From: Marmoricola sp.
GTDB lineage: Bacteria > Actinomycetota > Actinomycetes > Propionibacteriales > Nocardioidaceae
Assembly: GCA_036272095.1 (NCBI GenBank)
Contig: DATAZI010000037.1
Coordinates: 9,823-73,822 of the forward strand
Length of the DNA stretch: 64,000 bases
Reading direction: 5' to 3'
The notes below the pieces were generated by a model. The model saw only the letters and a program-made list of their open reading frames with translations, was not told the origin of the DNA and searched no databases. This document shows, piece by piece, positions 45,520 through 54,364 of this stretch (its first letter is position 1; each line of letters begins with the position of its first letter). Made by a program: the position numbers and the translations under genes.

Positions 45520-46251
45520 CTACGACTTCTCGCCGATCAGCTCGGTGAGCCGGGCCACGTCGGCCCGGCGGGACACCGAGAGCACGTACGGCTTGGTCTG
45601 CCGCCACCGGATGCCAGGCAGGTCCAGAGCCTCACCGCACCACTGCATGATCTCCCGCGACTCGTTAGCGAACTGCCAGCGCGGGTACTCGTACCGCTTC
45701 TTCTCACCCGCCACCATCCGGGTCGCTCAGTTCTTCACCAGGCTTCCGTCGGAATGGAACAGGCCACGCAGGAAGTCGGCTGGGTAGGCCTCGACGATGT
45801 CGCGCTGCCAGGGCTCGAGGCGCAGGACACGCTCGTGCTTGCGGCCGGGGCCGTGCTGCGGGAACAGGTGGGGCCAGTGCTTCCAATAGCTCTGGACGAC
45901 TGTCACGCCCGGCGCAGCGACTCGGTACGTTCGACGCTCGGGGTGGACGGCCTGAATCAGCCGGTCCACGTCATGGACGATCCCCGGGAGGGTGCTATCA
46001 CCAGCGATTCGCAACGAGTAGGTCCGCGAGAGCCGGCTGATGCAACCGTCACCGAGGTAGTACCCCAGCAAGGCGCCCGCCGTCCCAGTCGGGGCTCCAG
46101 GCGCTGGGCACGGCGATGGATCGCTGTCAGGGTGACCGACCCAATGGCGAAGGGCTGCTCTACTGATGCCGAGCTCTTGTGACGCGGAGTTCAGCGACCG
46201 CCCGCCACGGATCTCGGCACGTGCCTGCGAGCGCACATCAGGTCCGTACAT
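45520..46251 (-). pseudogene. HTH plus LAGLIDADG (DOD homing-endonuclease-like) protein interrupted by one in-frame TGA (45727-45729)
   Basis: MYGPDVRSQAR..SLNSASQELGISRAALRHW (HTH); LLGYYLGDG and FLRGLFHSDG motifs; reading LVKN*ATRMVAGEKKRYEYPRWQF continues in the same frame to TAG 45520. Confidence 0.8.
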
Positions 46252-46259
46252 AGGAGAAG

Positions 46260-46279
46260 TGTCGGTCGCGGGACCGACA
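46260..46279 (-). terminator. Hairpin immediately downstream of tRNA-Leu (possible weak terminator or processing signal)
   Basis: 8-bp stem TGTCGGTC/GACCGACA, 4-nt loop, followed on the minus strand by CTTCTCCT. Confidence 0.5.
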
Positions 46280-46283
46280 TTCT

Positions 46284-46359
46284 TGGTGCCCCGAGTGGGA
46301 TTCGAACCCACACTGGATGGTGTTTGAGACCATTGCCTCTGCCGTTGGGCTATCGGGGC
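46284..46359 (-). tRNA. tRNA-Leu(CAA), 76 nt, CCA encoded, short variable loop
   Basis: GCCCCGATAGCCCAACGGCAGAGGCAATGGTCTCAAACACCATCCAGTGTGGGTTCGAATCCCACTCGGGGCACCA; anticodon stem ATGGT/ACCAT around CT-CAA-AC. Confidence 0.96.
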
Positions 46360-46420
46360 GGCAGCGGGCACGAACGCTACCGGACACGAGGTGCCCGACG
46401 GCACTCGGTAGCCTGTGCCC

Positions 46421-47023
46421 GTGACCGAGACCCCTTCCGCGAGCCCGAGGCGCCGTGTCGTCATCGCCGAGGACGAGGCTCTGATCCGGCTCGACCTCGC
46501 CGAGATGCTCGCCGAGGAGGGGTACGACGTGGTGGCAGCCGTCGAGGACGGCGAGTCTGCCGTCTCGAGTGCCGAGGAGCTCCGGCCCGACCTGGTCATC
46601 CTGGACGTCAAGATGCCGCGGCTCGACGGGATCGCCGCCGCCGAGCGGATCGCCGCGCAACGGATCGCCCCGGTGGTGATGCTGACCGCGTTCAGCCAGC
46701 GCGACCTGGTCGAGCGCGCCCGCGACGCCGGTGCGATGGCCTACCTGGTCAAGCCGTTCGACAAGTCCGACCTGGTGCCGGCGATCGAGATGGCCGCGAG
46801 CCGGTTCGCCGAGCTCCAGCAGCTCGAGGCGGAGGTCGCCGACCTGACCGACCGCCTCGAGACCCGCAAGGTCGTAGACAAGGCCAAGGGTGTCCTGCAG
46901 GAGAAGCTCGGACTCTCCGAGCCCGATGCCTTCCGCTGGATCCAGAAGACCGCGATGGATTTGCGTCTCTCGATGCGCGAGGTCGCTGACGGCGTCGTCG
47001 AGCACGGGGTCGAGCCCCGCTAA
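46421..47023 (+). CDS. ANTAR-domain response regulator (PdtaR-like)
   Basis: VIAEDEALIRLDL, LDVKMP, YLVKPF receiver plus RKVVDKAKG..AFRWIQKTAMD ANTAR domain; TAGCCT 6 nt before GTG. Confidence 0.95.
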   Translation: MTETPSASPRRRVVIAEDEALIRLDLAEMLAEEGYDVVAAVEDGESAVSSAEELRPDLVILDVKMPRLDGIAAAERIAAQRIAPVVMLTAFSQRDLVERARDAGAMAYLVKPFDKSDLVPAIEMAASRFAELQQLEAEVADLTDRLETRKVVDKAKGVLQEKLGLSEPDAFRWIQKTAMDLRLSMREVADGVVEHGVEPR

Positions 47024-47168
47024 GTCGGCGTTGCATCACGGTTTGGCAACGGAGAAGATCGGTGCGCTCACCTAGCCCCGCGGCGGAATCTTCGGTGCTA
47101 GCGTCCGTCGAAACCGCGATCGCTGCCCCGGGCGCCCGATCGCTTCCATCCCCGACAACGGAGGACTG

Positions 47169-48299
47169 ATGATCCGTTTCAACAAGTCCCTGCGCGTCGC
47201 CGCTGCTGTCACCGGCGTCGCTGCACTGACCCTTACCGCTGCGTGCGGCTCGAGCAGTAAGGACGACACCAAGGCCTCCAGCGGCGGAAGCGCCTTCTGC
47301 GGCAAGAACCTGGCGTTCATGGGCGCCCTCACCGGCGACGCCGGTGCCCTCGGCCAGAACATGGTCAACGGCATCAACCTGGCGCTCAAGGGATACAACG
47401 CGAAGAACGCTGACTGCAAGATCGGCCTCAAGACGTTCGACTCGCAGGGCGACCCGACCAAGGCTCCCGCGCTTGCGACCCAGATCATTAACGACGACTC
47501 GATCTTCGGACTGGTCGGCCCGGGCTTCTCGGGCGAGTCGCTCGCCACCGGCAAGACCTTCTTCCAGGCTGGTCTGCCGTCGATCTCCCCGTCGGCCACC
47601 AACGTGACCATCACCCAGCAGGGCTGGACCACGTGGCACCGGGTCATCGGTAACGACGACGCCCAGGGCAAGGCGGACGCCGCCTACCTGACCGGCACTG
47701 CCGGCTGCAAGCAGGTCTACACCGTCGACGACGGCCAGGACTACAGCGTCGGCCTCGACAAGACCGTCCAGACTGCGCTCGGCTCGGCAGTCGTCGGCAA
47801 GGACAAGATCTCGGTCGGCCAGACCGACATGTCGGCGGTCGTGACCAAGGTCAAGGCCTCCGGCGCAGACTGCTTCTTCTACGGTGGCTACTACACCGAG
47901 GCGGGCCTGCTGAAGAAGGCGCTGACCCAGGGTGGCTTCAAGGGCACGTTCATGTCGGGTGACGGTTCGGAGGACCCGAACTTCGTCAAGATCGCGGGTG
48001 CCCAGGCCGCCAACGGCGCTGTGCTCTCGGCTCCGGCCGGTCCGGCCCCGGCGGGCTTCGGTGCCACCGGCCTCTACGCCACCCAGGCCTACGACGCGAC
48101 GAACATCTTCCTCGCCGCGGTCAAGGCCGGCATCGGCACCGAGGAGAAGCTGAACTCCTTCATCGGCAGTTACACCGGTGACGGCACCAGCGGCCCGATC
48201 GCGTTCGACAAGAACGGCGACATCCAGCAGTCGAAGATCTACGCGTACTTCGTTAAGAACGGCACGCTGGACGTCACCACACCGACGGCGATCTCCTGA
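47169..48299 (+). CDS. Branched-chain amino acid ABC transporter substrate-binding lipoprotein (LivK-like)
   Basis: Lipobox LTAAC; GALTG..G, DSQGDP, GPGFSGE, ISPSAT, YGGYY, YDA. Confidence 0.92.
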   Translation: MIRFNKSLRVAAAVTGVAALTLTAACGSSSKDDTKASSGGSAFCGKNLAFMGALTGDAGALGQNMVNGINLALKGYNAKNADCKIGLKTFDSQGDPTKAPALATQIINDDSIFGLVGPGFSGESLATGKTFFQAGLPSISPSATNVTITQQGWTTWHRVIGNDDAQGKADAAYLTGTAGCKQVYTVDDGQDYSVGLDKTVQTALGSAVVGKDKISVGQTDMSAVVTKVKASGADCFFYGGYYTEAGLLKKALTQGGFKGTFMSGDGSEDPNFVKIAGAQAANGAVLSAPAGPAPAGFGATGLYATQAYDATNIFLAAVKAGIGTEEKLNSFIGSYTGDGTSGPIAFDKNGDIQQSKIYAYFVKNGTLDVTTPTAIS

Positions 48300-48327
48300 C
48301 CGCCAGCACATCTGAGTAACTGAAACA

Positions 48328-48362
48328 GGCTGCGGCCGGAGGCTCGTCCTCCGGCCGCAGCC
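48328..48362 (+). terminator. 15-bp perfect stem-loop between the SBP and permease genes (partial terminator or mRNA stabiliser)
   Basis: GGCTGCGGCCGGAGG-ctcgt-CCTCCGGCCGCAGCC. Confidence 0.8.
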
Positions 48363-48387
48363 GTCAGAACGAGGGGAGGGAACTTCT

Positions 48388-49404
48388 TTGGACCTGGGCG
48401 CGCTTTTCGGCAGCTTCGACAACTTCCTGAGCTTCACCATCGGCGGTCTCGTCTTCGGTGCGATCTACGCGCTGATCGCGCTCGGCTACACGATGGTCTA
48501 CGGAGTCCTCCAGCTCATCAACTTTGCCCACTCCGAGGTCTTCATGTTCGGGACCTTCGCCGTGGCCTGGGTATTCGTCGCGTTGCACGGGACCTCGAGC
48601 GCCCAGTGGAGCCTCGGCAGATCGGTCCCCATACTTTTAGTGGCCCTGGTCGCAGCCATGTGCACCTCCGCGCTGGTCGCGCTGCTCCTCGAGCGCGTCG
48701 CCTACAGGCCGCTGATCAAGAAGAACGCGCCCAAGCTGATCGCATTGATCTCGGCGATCGGTGCGTCGTTCGCCCTGTCCGAGGCGATGGGCCTGCGTGA
48801 CAAGTTCGCGAAGTTCTTCGGTCTCGACCACAAGCTCGCCAACTACGTCTCGCCGGGTAAGGCACGTGATGTGTACTCCAACCCGGTATCGATCCAGCCG
48901 CACCACCTGTTCAACATCGGCCACTACAGCGTCACCGATGTTGACCTGACCATCATCGTCGCGGCCATCGTGATGATGGTGGCTCTGGACCAGCTGGTAC
49001 TGCGGACCCGGTTGGGCCGCGGCATCCGCGCCGTCGCCCAGGACCCGGAGGCGGCTGCGCTGATGGGCGTCAACGGCACCCGGGTGGTCCAACTGACCTT
49101 CCTCATCGGCGGCCTGATGGCCGGTGCAGCCGCGACCCTCTACATGGTCAAGATCGGCACCACCAAGCAGGACGCCGGCTTCATCCTCGGCGTCAAGGCC
49201 TTCACAGCGGCTGTCATGGGCGGCATCGGCAACCTGCGCGGAGCGTTGCTCGGCGGTCTGGTGCTCGGTGTGATGGAGAGCTGGGGCGCGGCGGTCTTCG
49301 GCGACCAGTGGCGCGATGTCGTCGCGTTCGTCCTGCTGGTCCTGATCCTCCTGGTCAGGCCTTCGGGCCTGCTCGGGGAGGCTCTCGGGAAGGCACGCGC
49401 ATGA
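48388..49404 (+). CDS. livH: Branched-chain amino acid ABC permease
   Basis: YALIALGYTMVYGVLQLINFAHSE, GRGIRAVAQD..AALMG, KAFTAAVMGGIG; TTG start. Confidence 0.93.
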   Translation: MDLGALFGSFDNFLSFTIGGLVFGAIYALIALGYTMVYGVLQLINFAHSEVFMFGTFAVAWVFVALHGTSSAQWSLGRSVPILLVALVAAMCTSALVALLLERVAYRPLIKKNAPKLIALISAIGASFALSEAMGLRDKFAKFFGLDHKLANYVSPGKARDVYSNPVSIQPHHLFNIGHYSVTDVDLTIIVAAIVMMVALDQLVLRTRLGRGIRAVAQDPEAAALMGVNGTRVVQLTFLIGGLMAGAAATLYMVKIGTTKQDAGFILGVKAFTAAVMGGIGNLRGALLGGLVLGVMESWGAAVFGDQWRDVVAFVLLVLILLVRPSGLLGEALGKARA

Positions 49405-50624
49405 CGACCCCGAGCCTGATGGTCCCGCCGACGCGGCGCAGCCCGCTCCAAGGTCTCGGGCTCTGGTGGGACGACCGGGTCGACCGCTACAACGCCCAGC
49501 CGATCTTCCTCAAGGCGATCTGGGTGTTCCTGGCGCTCGTCCTGGTCTACGCACTCCCGCTGCTACGGCCGCCGGGCATCACCACCAACCAGATCGACTT
49601 CGGCGGCGTGATGTTCGACTGCGCGTCGTTCGCGCTGGTCGCGCTGGGGCTGAACATCGTCATCGGGTACGCCGGGCTGCTCGACCTCGGGTACGTCGGG
49701 TTCTACGCGACCGGCGCCTACGTGACCGGCGTGCTGACCTCGTACCACTGGCACTGGCCGTACTTCTTCTCGCTGCCCGTGGCGATCGTCGTCACGATGA
49801 TCACCGGGGTCATCCTGGGAGCGCCCACACTGCGCGTCCGCGGCGACTACCTCGCCATCGTCACTCTCGGCTTCGGCGAGATCATCCAGAAGGTCGTGAA
49901 CAACACCGGCTGGCTCGGTGCGTCTGGCGGCATCAAGGACATCGCGCACCCGCCCACGATCGGCACGCGGCCGACGCCGCCGTTCCACCAAGGCGGCGCG
50001 TTCGCGATCCCCCATCTGCAGTGGGACGGGCTGATCCCGTCCTTGGACCACGAGCACGTGACCCACTTCCTGGTCTTCGGCGCGCTGGACGCGATCCCGT
50101 ACTACTGGCTGATCGTCACGATCCTGATCCTCGTGTTCCTCGGCGACCGGCTGATCAAGGCCAGCCGGGTCGGCCGGGCCTGGGAGGCCACCCGCGAGGA
50201 CGAGGACGCTGCCGAGCTGATGGGCGTCAACACCTTCAAGTACAAGCTGCTGGCCTTCGCGCTCGGAGCGGCGATCGGCGGTCTCTCAGGCTCGCTCTAC
50301 GCCAGCGGCCAGGGCGGGTACATCAATCCGCAGGCCTTCTTGCTGATCTACTCGATGCTCTACGTCGCTGCGGTCATCGTCGGTGGCTCGGGCAACCGCT
50401 GGGGCGCGATCCTGGGTGGCGTGATCGTGGCATACCTGCCGGACCGGTTCCGCTCGCTGGGCGACTACCGCTACTTCATCTTCGGCCTCGCGTTGATGGT
50501 GCTCTCCATCTGGCGCCCCCAAGGCCTCCTGCCACCTCGTAGGGCCAGACGGGCTCGGGCTGCGGCGGTCGAGATCGATGCGCTCGAAGACGGCGACGAA
50601 GAGACGGCGGTGGCCGATGTCTGA
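49401..50624 (+). CDS. livM: Branched-chain amino acid ABC permease
   Basis: ATG 49401; [50 protein letters not shown]. Confidence 0.93.
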   Translation: MTTPSLMVPPTRRSPLQGLGLWWDDRVDRYNAQPIFLKAIWVFLALVLVYALPLLRPPGITTNQIDFGGVMFDCASFALVALGLNIVIGYAGLLDLGYVGFYATGAYVTGVLTSYHWHWPYFFSLPVAIVVTMITGVILGAPTLRVRGDYLAIVTLGFGEIIQKVVNNTGWLGASGGIKDIAHPPTIGTRPTPPFHQGGAFAIPHLQWDGLIPSLDHEHVTHFLVFGALDAIPYYWLIVTILILVFLGDRLIKASRVGRAWEATREDEDAAELMGVNTFKYKLLAFALGAAIGGLSGSLYASGQGGYINPQAFLLIYSMLYVAAVIVGGSGNRWGAILGGVIVAYLPDRFRSLGDYRYFIFGLALMVLSIWRPQGLLPPRRARRARAAAVEIDALEDGDEETAVADV

Positions 50625-51414
50625 GCCCACGACCGACCGACGTGCCGTCCTCGAGGTCGATAACGTGACCATCAAGTTCGGCGGCCTGACCGCGCTGAAC
50701 GAGGTCACCTTCGATATCAAGGAAGGCGAGATCCTCGGGCTGATCGGCCCGAACGGCGCCGGCAAGACGACCTGCTTCAACGTGATGACCGGCGTCTACC
50801 AGGCCACGTCGGGACAGGTCCGGTTCGACGGCGCCCCGCTCGGCCGGCTGTCGCGCCACAAGATCACCAAGCTCGGCATCGCCCGCACCTTCCAGAACAT
50901 CCGGCTGTTCAAGTCGATGACCGTCCTGGAGAACGTGATGGTCGGCTCCGACGTGCACAGCAAGGTCGGCTTCTTCGACGCGCTGCTCCGTACGCCGCGG
51001 CACCGGAACACCGAAGCGGCGTCGCTGGCGCACGCCAAGGAGCTGATCGAGCTGGTCGGGATCAAGGCCGACCTCGACGAGCTCGCCTCCAACCTGTCCT
51101 ACGGCGACCAGCGACGCCTGGAGATCGCGCGGGCGATGGCGACGCGGCCCAAGCTGCTCTGCCTCGACGAGCCGGCTGCCGGCTTCAACCCGGCAGAGAA
51201 GCTCAGGCTGATGGAGCTGATCCGCAAGGTCCGCGACTCCGGGTTCACCGTGCTCCTGATCGAGCACGACATGCGCCTGGTCATGGGCGTGACCGACCGG
51301 ATCGTCGTGCTCGAGTTCGGGCAGAAGATCGCCGAGGGCACGCCGGCCGAGATCCGCGACAACCCCGCAGTCATCGCGGCGTACCTGGGAGTCGATGAAG
51401 ACGATGCTTCTTGA
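50617..51414 (+). CDS. livG: Branched-chain amino acid ABC ATPase
   Basis: [51 protein letters not shown]. Confidence 0.94.
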   Translation: MSEPTTDRRAVLEVDNVTIKFGGLTALNEVTFDIKEGEILGLIGPNGAGKTTCFNVMTGVYQATSGQVRFDGAPLGRLSRHKITKLGIARTFQNIRLFKSMTVLENVMVGSDVHSKVGFFDALLRTPRHRNTEAASLAHAKELIELVGIKADLDELASNLSYGDQRRLEIARAMATRPKLLCLDEPAAGFNPAEKLRLMELIRKVRDSGFTVLLIEHDMRLVMGVTDRIVVLEFGQKIAEGTPAEIRDNPAVIAAYLGVDEDDAS

Positions 51415-52123
51415 GGTGCAGGGCCTGTGCGTCAACTACGGGCACATCGAGGCCATCCGCGACATCACCTTCGGAGTCGAGGAGGGCACGGTCGCGACCC
51501 TGATCGGGGCGAACGGCGCCGGTAAGACCACGACGCTCAAGACCCTGTCGGGTCTGCGCCGGGTCCGGCTGGGCACCGTCACCTTCGACGGCAAGGACAT
51601 CACCCACATACCGCCGTACGAGCGGGTGCTGATGGGCATCAGCCAGTCGCCCGAGGGCCGGGGCTGCTTCCCGGGCATGACGGTCATGGAGAATCTGGAC
51701 ATGGGCGCCTATGTCCGCAAGGACCGTGGCAGCCCGGCGTACCGCTCGGACCTAGAACGGGTCTTCGACCTCTTCCCGCGGCTCAAGGAGCGCGAGAAGC
51801 AGTCAGCAGGGTCGATGTCCGGCGGTGAGCAGCAGATGCTGGCGATCGGCCGGGCGCTGATGGCCAAGCCGCGGCTGCTGCTGCTCGACGAGCCCTCGAT
51901 GGGCCTCGCACCGAAGCTGATCCAGCAGATCTTCACGATCGTCACCGAGATCAACAGCCAGGGAACCACCGTGCTCCTCGTCGAGCAGAACGCGGCGCAG
52001 GCGCTCAAGCGCGCGCACACTGCGCACATCCTGGAGACCGGCGAGATCGTCCGTTCCGGCACCGGCGCCGAGCTGGCCGGCGACGACAGCGTGAAGGCCG
52101 CTTATCTAGGCGGCGACATCTGA
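51404..52123 (+). CDS. livF: Branched-chain amino acid ABC ATPase
   Basis: GANGAGKTT, PEGR, LFPRL.ER, SGGEQQMLAIGRALM, LVEQN. Confidence 0.94.
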   Translation: MLLEVQGLCVNYGHIEAIRDITFGVEEGTVATLIGANGAGKTTTLKTLSGLRRVRLGTVTFDGKDITHIPPYERVLMGISQSPEGRGCFPGMTVMENLDMGAYVRKDRGSPAYRSDLERVFDLFPRLKEREKQSAGSMSGGEQQMLAIGRALMAKPRLLLLDEPSMGLAPKLIQQIFTIVTEINSQGTTVLLVEQNAAQALKRAHTAHILETGEIVRSGTGAELAGDDSVKAAYLGGDI

Positions 52124-52135
52124 CCGACGTCTGAT

Positions 52136-52252
52136 CGACGCCGTAGGCGGCACCCGGCCGCGTTGTCGTCGCTTGACGTCCGCTCCGCTGGCGCTCGGCT
52201 GAAGGACGCCTGCGCTCCTCCGCCTCGCCGACTACCACGTCTGACGCCGCTC
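52136..52252 (-). repeat. Dispersed ~110-bp intergenic repeat, copy 3
   Basis: cgacgccgtaggcggcacccggccgcgttgtcgtcgcttgacg...ctcctccgcctcgcc...accacgtctgacgccgctc; similar to 27400-27506. Confidence 0.85.
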
Positions 52253-52287
52253 AGATCCTGCTTCGGTAGGACGTCTGACCGAGCTCG

Positions 52288-52341
52288 TTCGTCGAGCTTG
52301 TCGAGACGCGGTGATTCGTCGAGCTTGTCGAGACGCGGTGA
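52288..52341. repeat. Two exact 27-bp tandem units carrying a REP-like palindrome
   Basis: TTCGTCGAGCTTGTCGAGACGCGGTGA x2. Confidence 0.9.
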
Positions 52342-52350
52342 CACGTCCGC

Positions 52351-53109
52351 CTACCTGAACCAGATGACTACTTCGGTCAGCAGCGGCGCGACTACGAGCG
52401 CGGGCAGCAGGTCGCCGACCTTGACCTGCTTGATGTCCAGCAGCCGGAGTCCGACACCGACCAGGAGCAGGCCGCCGGTCGCGGTGAGCGCAGCAAGGTG
52501 GGCGTCGGGCAGGAACGTGCCGAGCGCGGCACCCAGGGCCGTCAGGGAGCCCTGCACCACGACGAGGGTCACCACGCTGGCGGCGACGCCCCAGCCGAAG
52601 GATGCGGCGAACGCGATCGACGCGAAACCGTCCAGCGCGGCCTTGAGCAGCAGCTGGTCGGACCCCTTGCCGATGCCCTCGTTGATCGAGCCCAGGATCG
52701 TCAGCGGGCCGACGCAGAAGACCAGGGAGCTGGTCAGGAAGCCCTGGATGAACCGGTCCCGGGCTTCGTGATCGGCCTCCGCCCCGCCCCCGCGGCTCAG
52801 TCGGCGCTGGAGCACCCCGCCGAGGCCCTCGAGGCGGTCCTCGATACGTGCCAGCGAGCCGATGATGCCGCCGATCAACAAGGCGCCGAGGACGATCAGC
52901 ATGGGCGCCGAGCTGCCGACAGCCTTGCTCAGCGAGGCGTCCCGGACCGCGAAAGCGGACGACGCGGCGATCAGCAGCGTGACCAGGCCGAGCGAGTCGG
53001 TGACCGTCGTACGGGTGCGCTCGGGCAGCCGGTGGCCGACCAGGACGCCCACGGTGCTGCCCGCGAGGACAGTCGCCGCGTTGACCGCCGTACCGGTTCC
53101 GATGAGCAC
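52351..53109 (-). CDS. DUF554 membrane protein
   Basis: GTAVNAATV..GS, GFLTSSLVFCVGPLTILGS, KAALDGFAS, GGLLL..GL.LL. Confidence 0.92.
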   Translation of the reverse strand: MLIGTGTAVNAATVLAGSTVGVLVGHRLPERTRTTVTDSLGLVTLLIAASSAFAVRDASLSKAVGSSAPMLIVLGALLIGGIIGSLARIEDRLEGLGGVLQRRLSRGGGAEADHEARDRFIQGFLTSSLVFCVGPLTILGSINEGIGKGSDQLLLKAALDGFASIAFAASFGWGVAASVVTLVVVQGSLTALGAALGTFLPDAHLAALTATGGLLLVGVGLRLLDIKQVKVGDLLPALVVAPLLTEVVIWFR

Positions 53110-53161
53110 GTCAGCCCCCTAGAGTGATCGAGTTCAGCAGCGTAGTCTGACAGCCGTTGGG

Positions 53162-53211
53162 CCGGTCGAGTCGCCGGTCGAGTCACCGGTCGAGTCACCG
53201 GTCGAGTCACC
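53162..53211. repeat. 12-bp tandem repeat (CCGGTCGAGTCA x4) in a divergent intergenic region
   Basis: ccggtcgagtcg ccggtcgagtca ccggtcgagtca ccggtcgagtca cc. Confidence 0.9.
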
Positions 53212-53232
53212 ACGTGTGCGGAGGAGGCATCG

Positions 53233-53856
53233 ATGTCACGTCACCCCTTGGATATCAGGGACGCGCGCCCGCAGGACGCCGCGGCGCTGCTCGAGCTGTG
53301 GACCGAGATGAGTCCCCGCGGGTCCGAGGGCCCGACGCCGCGCCCGGTCGACGAGGCGGCCACCGCGCTGGCCCAGATCGCTGCTGATGCCGACGAGCGG
53401 GTCCTGGTCGGACTCGACGACGAGGGCGAGCTAGTCGCCGCGATCCACCTTCGCCGGGCGCCGATCAGCCCGCTGCATTCGGATATGGCCGTGCACAGCT
53501 CCTACCTGCTTGTCCGCCCCGAGCACCGCAAGCACGGATACGCCCGGGCCCTTCTGGATGCCGCGGTGACCTGGGCCGAGGACAAGGACGTCACGCACAT
53601 CACGGCGATCACCTCGAGCAGCTCGCGCGACACCAACCGCTTCCTGGCTCGCCTTGGGCTGGCCACGGTCGCCTCGGTGCGGGTCGCCAACACCGCGGTC
53701 CTGCGCCGCAAGCTGACCCCTGAGGCGCTGCGCCCGATCGATGCCCGTCGCAACCTCGGCCGGATCCTGGCCCAGCGGCGCTCCATCCAGCGTCGGGCGC
53801 TGGACCCGGACCTGGTCCTCGACGCGGAGCCGGGCGAGCCCGACCAGCTGGACTGA
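53233..53856 (+). CDS. GNAT family N-acetyltransferase
   Basis: IRDARPQD, LLVRPEHRKHGYARALL, NRFLARLG; GGAGG RBS. Confidence 0.88.
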   Translation: MSRHPLDIRDARPQDAAALLELWTEMSPRGSEGPTPRPVDEAATALAQIAADADERVLVGLDDEGELVAAIHLRRAPISPLHSDMAVHSSYLLVRPEHRKHGYARALLDAAVTWAEDKDVTHITAITSSSSRDTNRFLARLGLATVASVRVANTAVLRRKLTPEALRPIDARRNLGRILAQRRSIQRRALDPDLVLDAEPGEPDQLD

Positions 53857-53872
53857 GCAGCCGCCTGAGCTT

Positions 53873-54301
53873 CTAGTCGCGCTCGGGGGAGATCAGCGCG
53901 CAGGTGATCCGCGAGGTGCAGACCCGTTTGCCGCGCTCGTCGGTGATCACGATCTCGAACGACGCCGACGTACGCCCGAGGTGGATCGCCGTCGCAGTGC
54001 CGGTGACGATGCCGCTGGTGGCGGAGCGGTGGTGGGTGGCGTTGATGTCGACCCCGACCGGGATCTTGCCCAACGGCATCGCATGCAGGCCCGCGCCCAT
54101 CGACCCCAACGACTCGGCGAGCACCACGGACGCACCGCCGTGCAGCAGCCCGTAGGGCTGGGTGTTGCCCTCGACAGGCATCGTGGCCACGATGCGCTCG
54201 GCCGAGAGCTCGAGGATCTCGATGCCCATCTTCTCGTTCAGGGAGCCCATGCCTTGGGGCATCGCCGCGATGAAGGCCTCGATGGCGTCCTTGTCGGTCA
54301 T
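53873..54301 (-). CDS. PaaI/hotdog thioesterase
   Basis: MPVEGNTQPYGLLHGGASVVLAES, GVDINATH; divergent from polA. Confidence 0.93.
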   Translation of the reverse strand: MTDKDAIEAFIAAMPQGMGSLNEKMGIEILELSAERIVATMPVEGNTQPYGLLHGGASVVLAESLGSMGAGLHAMPLGKIPVGVDINATHHRSATSGIVTGTATAIHLGRTSASFEIVITDERGKRVCTSRITCALISPERD

Positions 54302-54364
54302 GGCCCCATCCTGCCGCGCCAGGCGAGGCTGACGTTGTCCGGGCCACCCATTAGGGTCGAGTAC

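Noticed and set aside
45727-45729. TGA as selenocysteine or genome-wide Trp reassignment
   Set aside because: TGA is the ordinary stop of most genes here, the context is not a redox Cys site, and no SECIS-like element was evident
44932-46359. Prophage or integrative element at tRNA-Leu
   Set aside because: No integrase and no duplicated tRNA 3' end found
52288-53211. Short repeat arrays as possible CRISPR
   Set aside because: Units are directly adjacent with no unique spacers, and no cas genes are present
53741-54364. N-terminal extension making a 1114-aa PolA
   Set aside because: It overlaps the GNAT and PaaI genes; homology and a -10 element support the start at 54365
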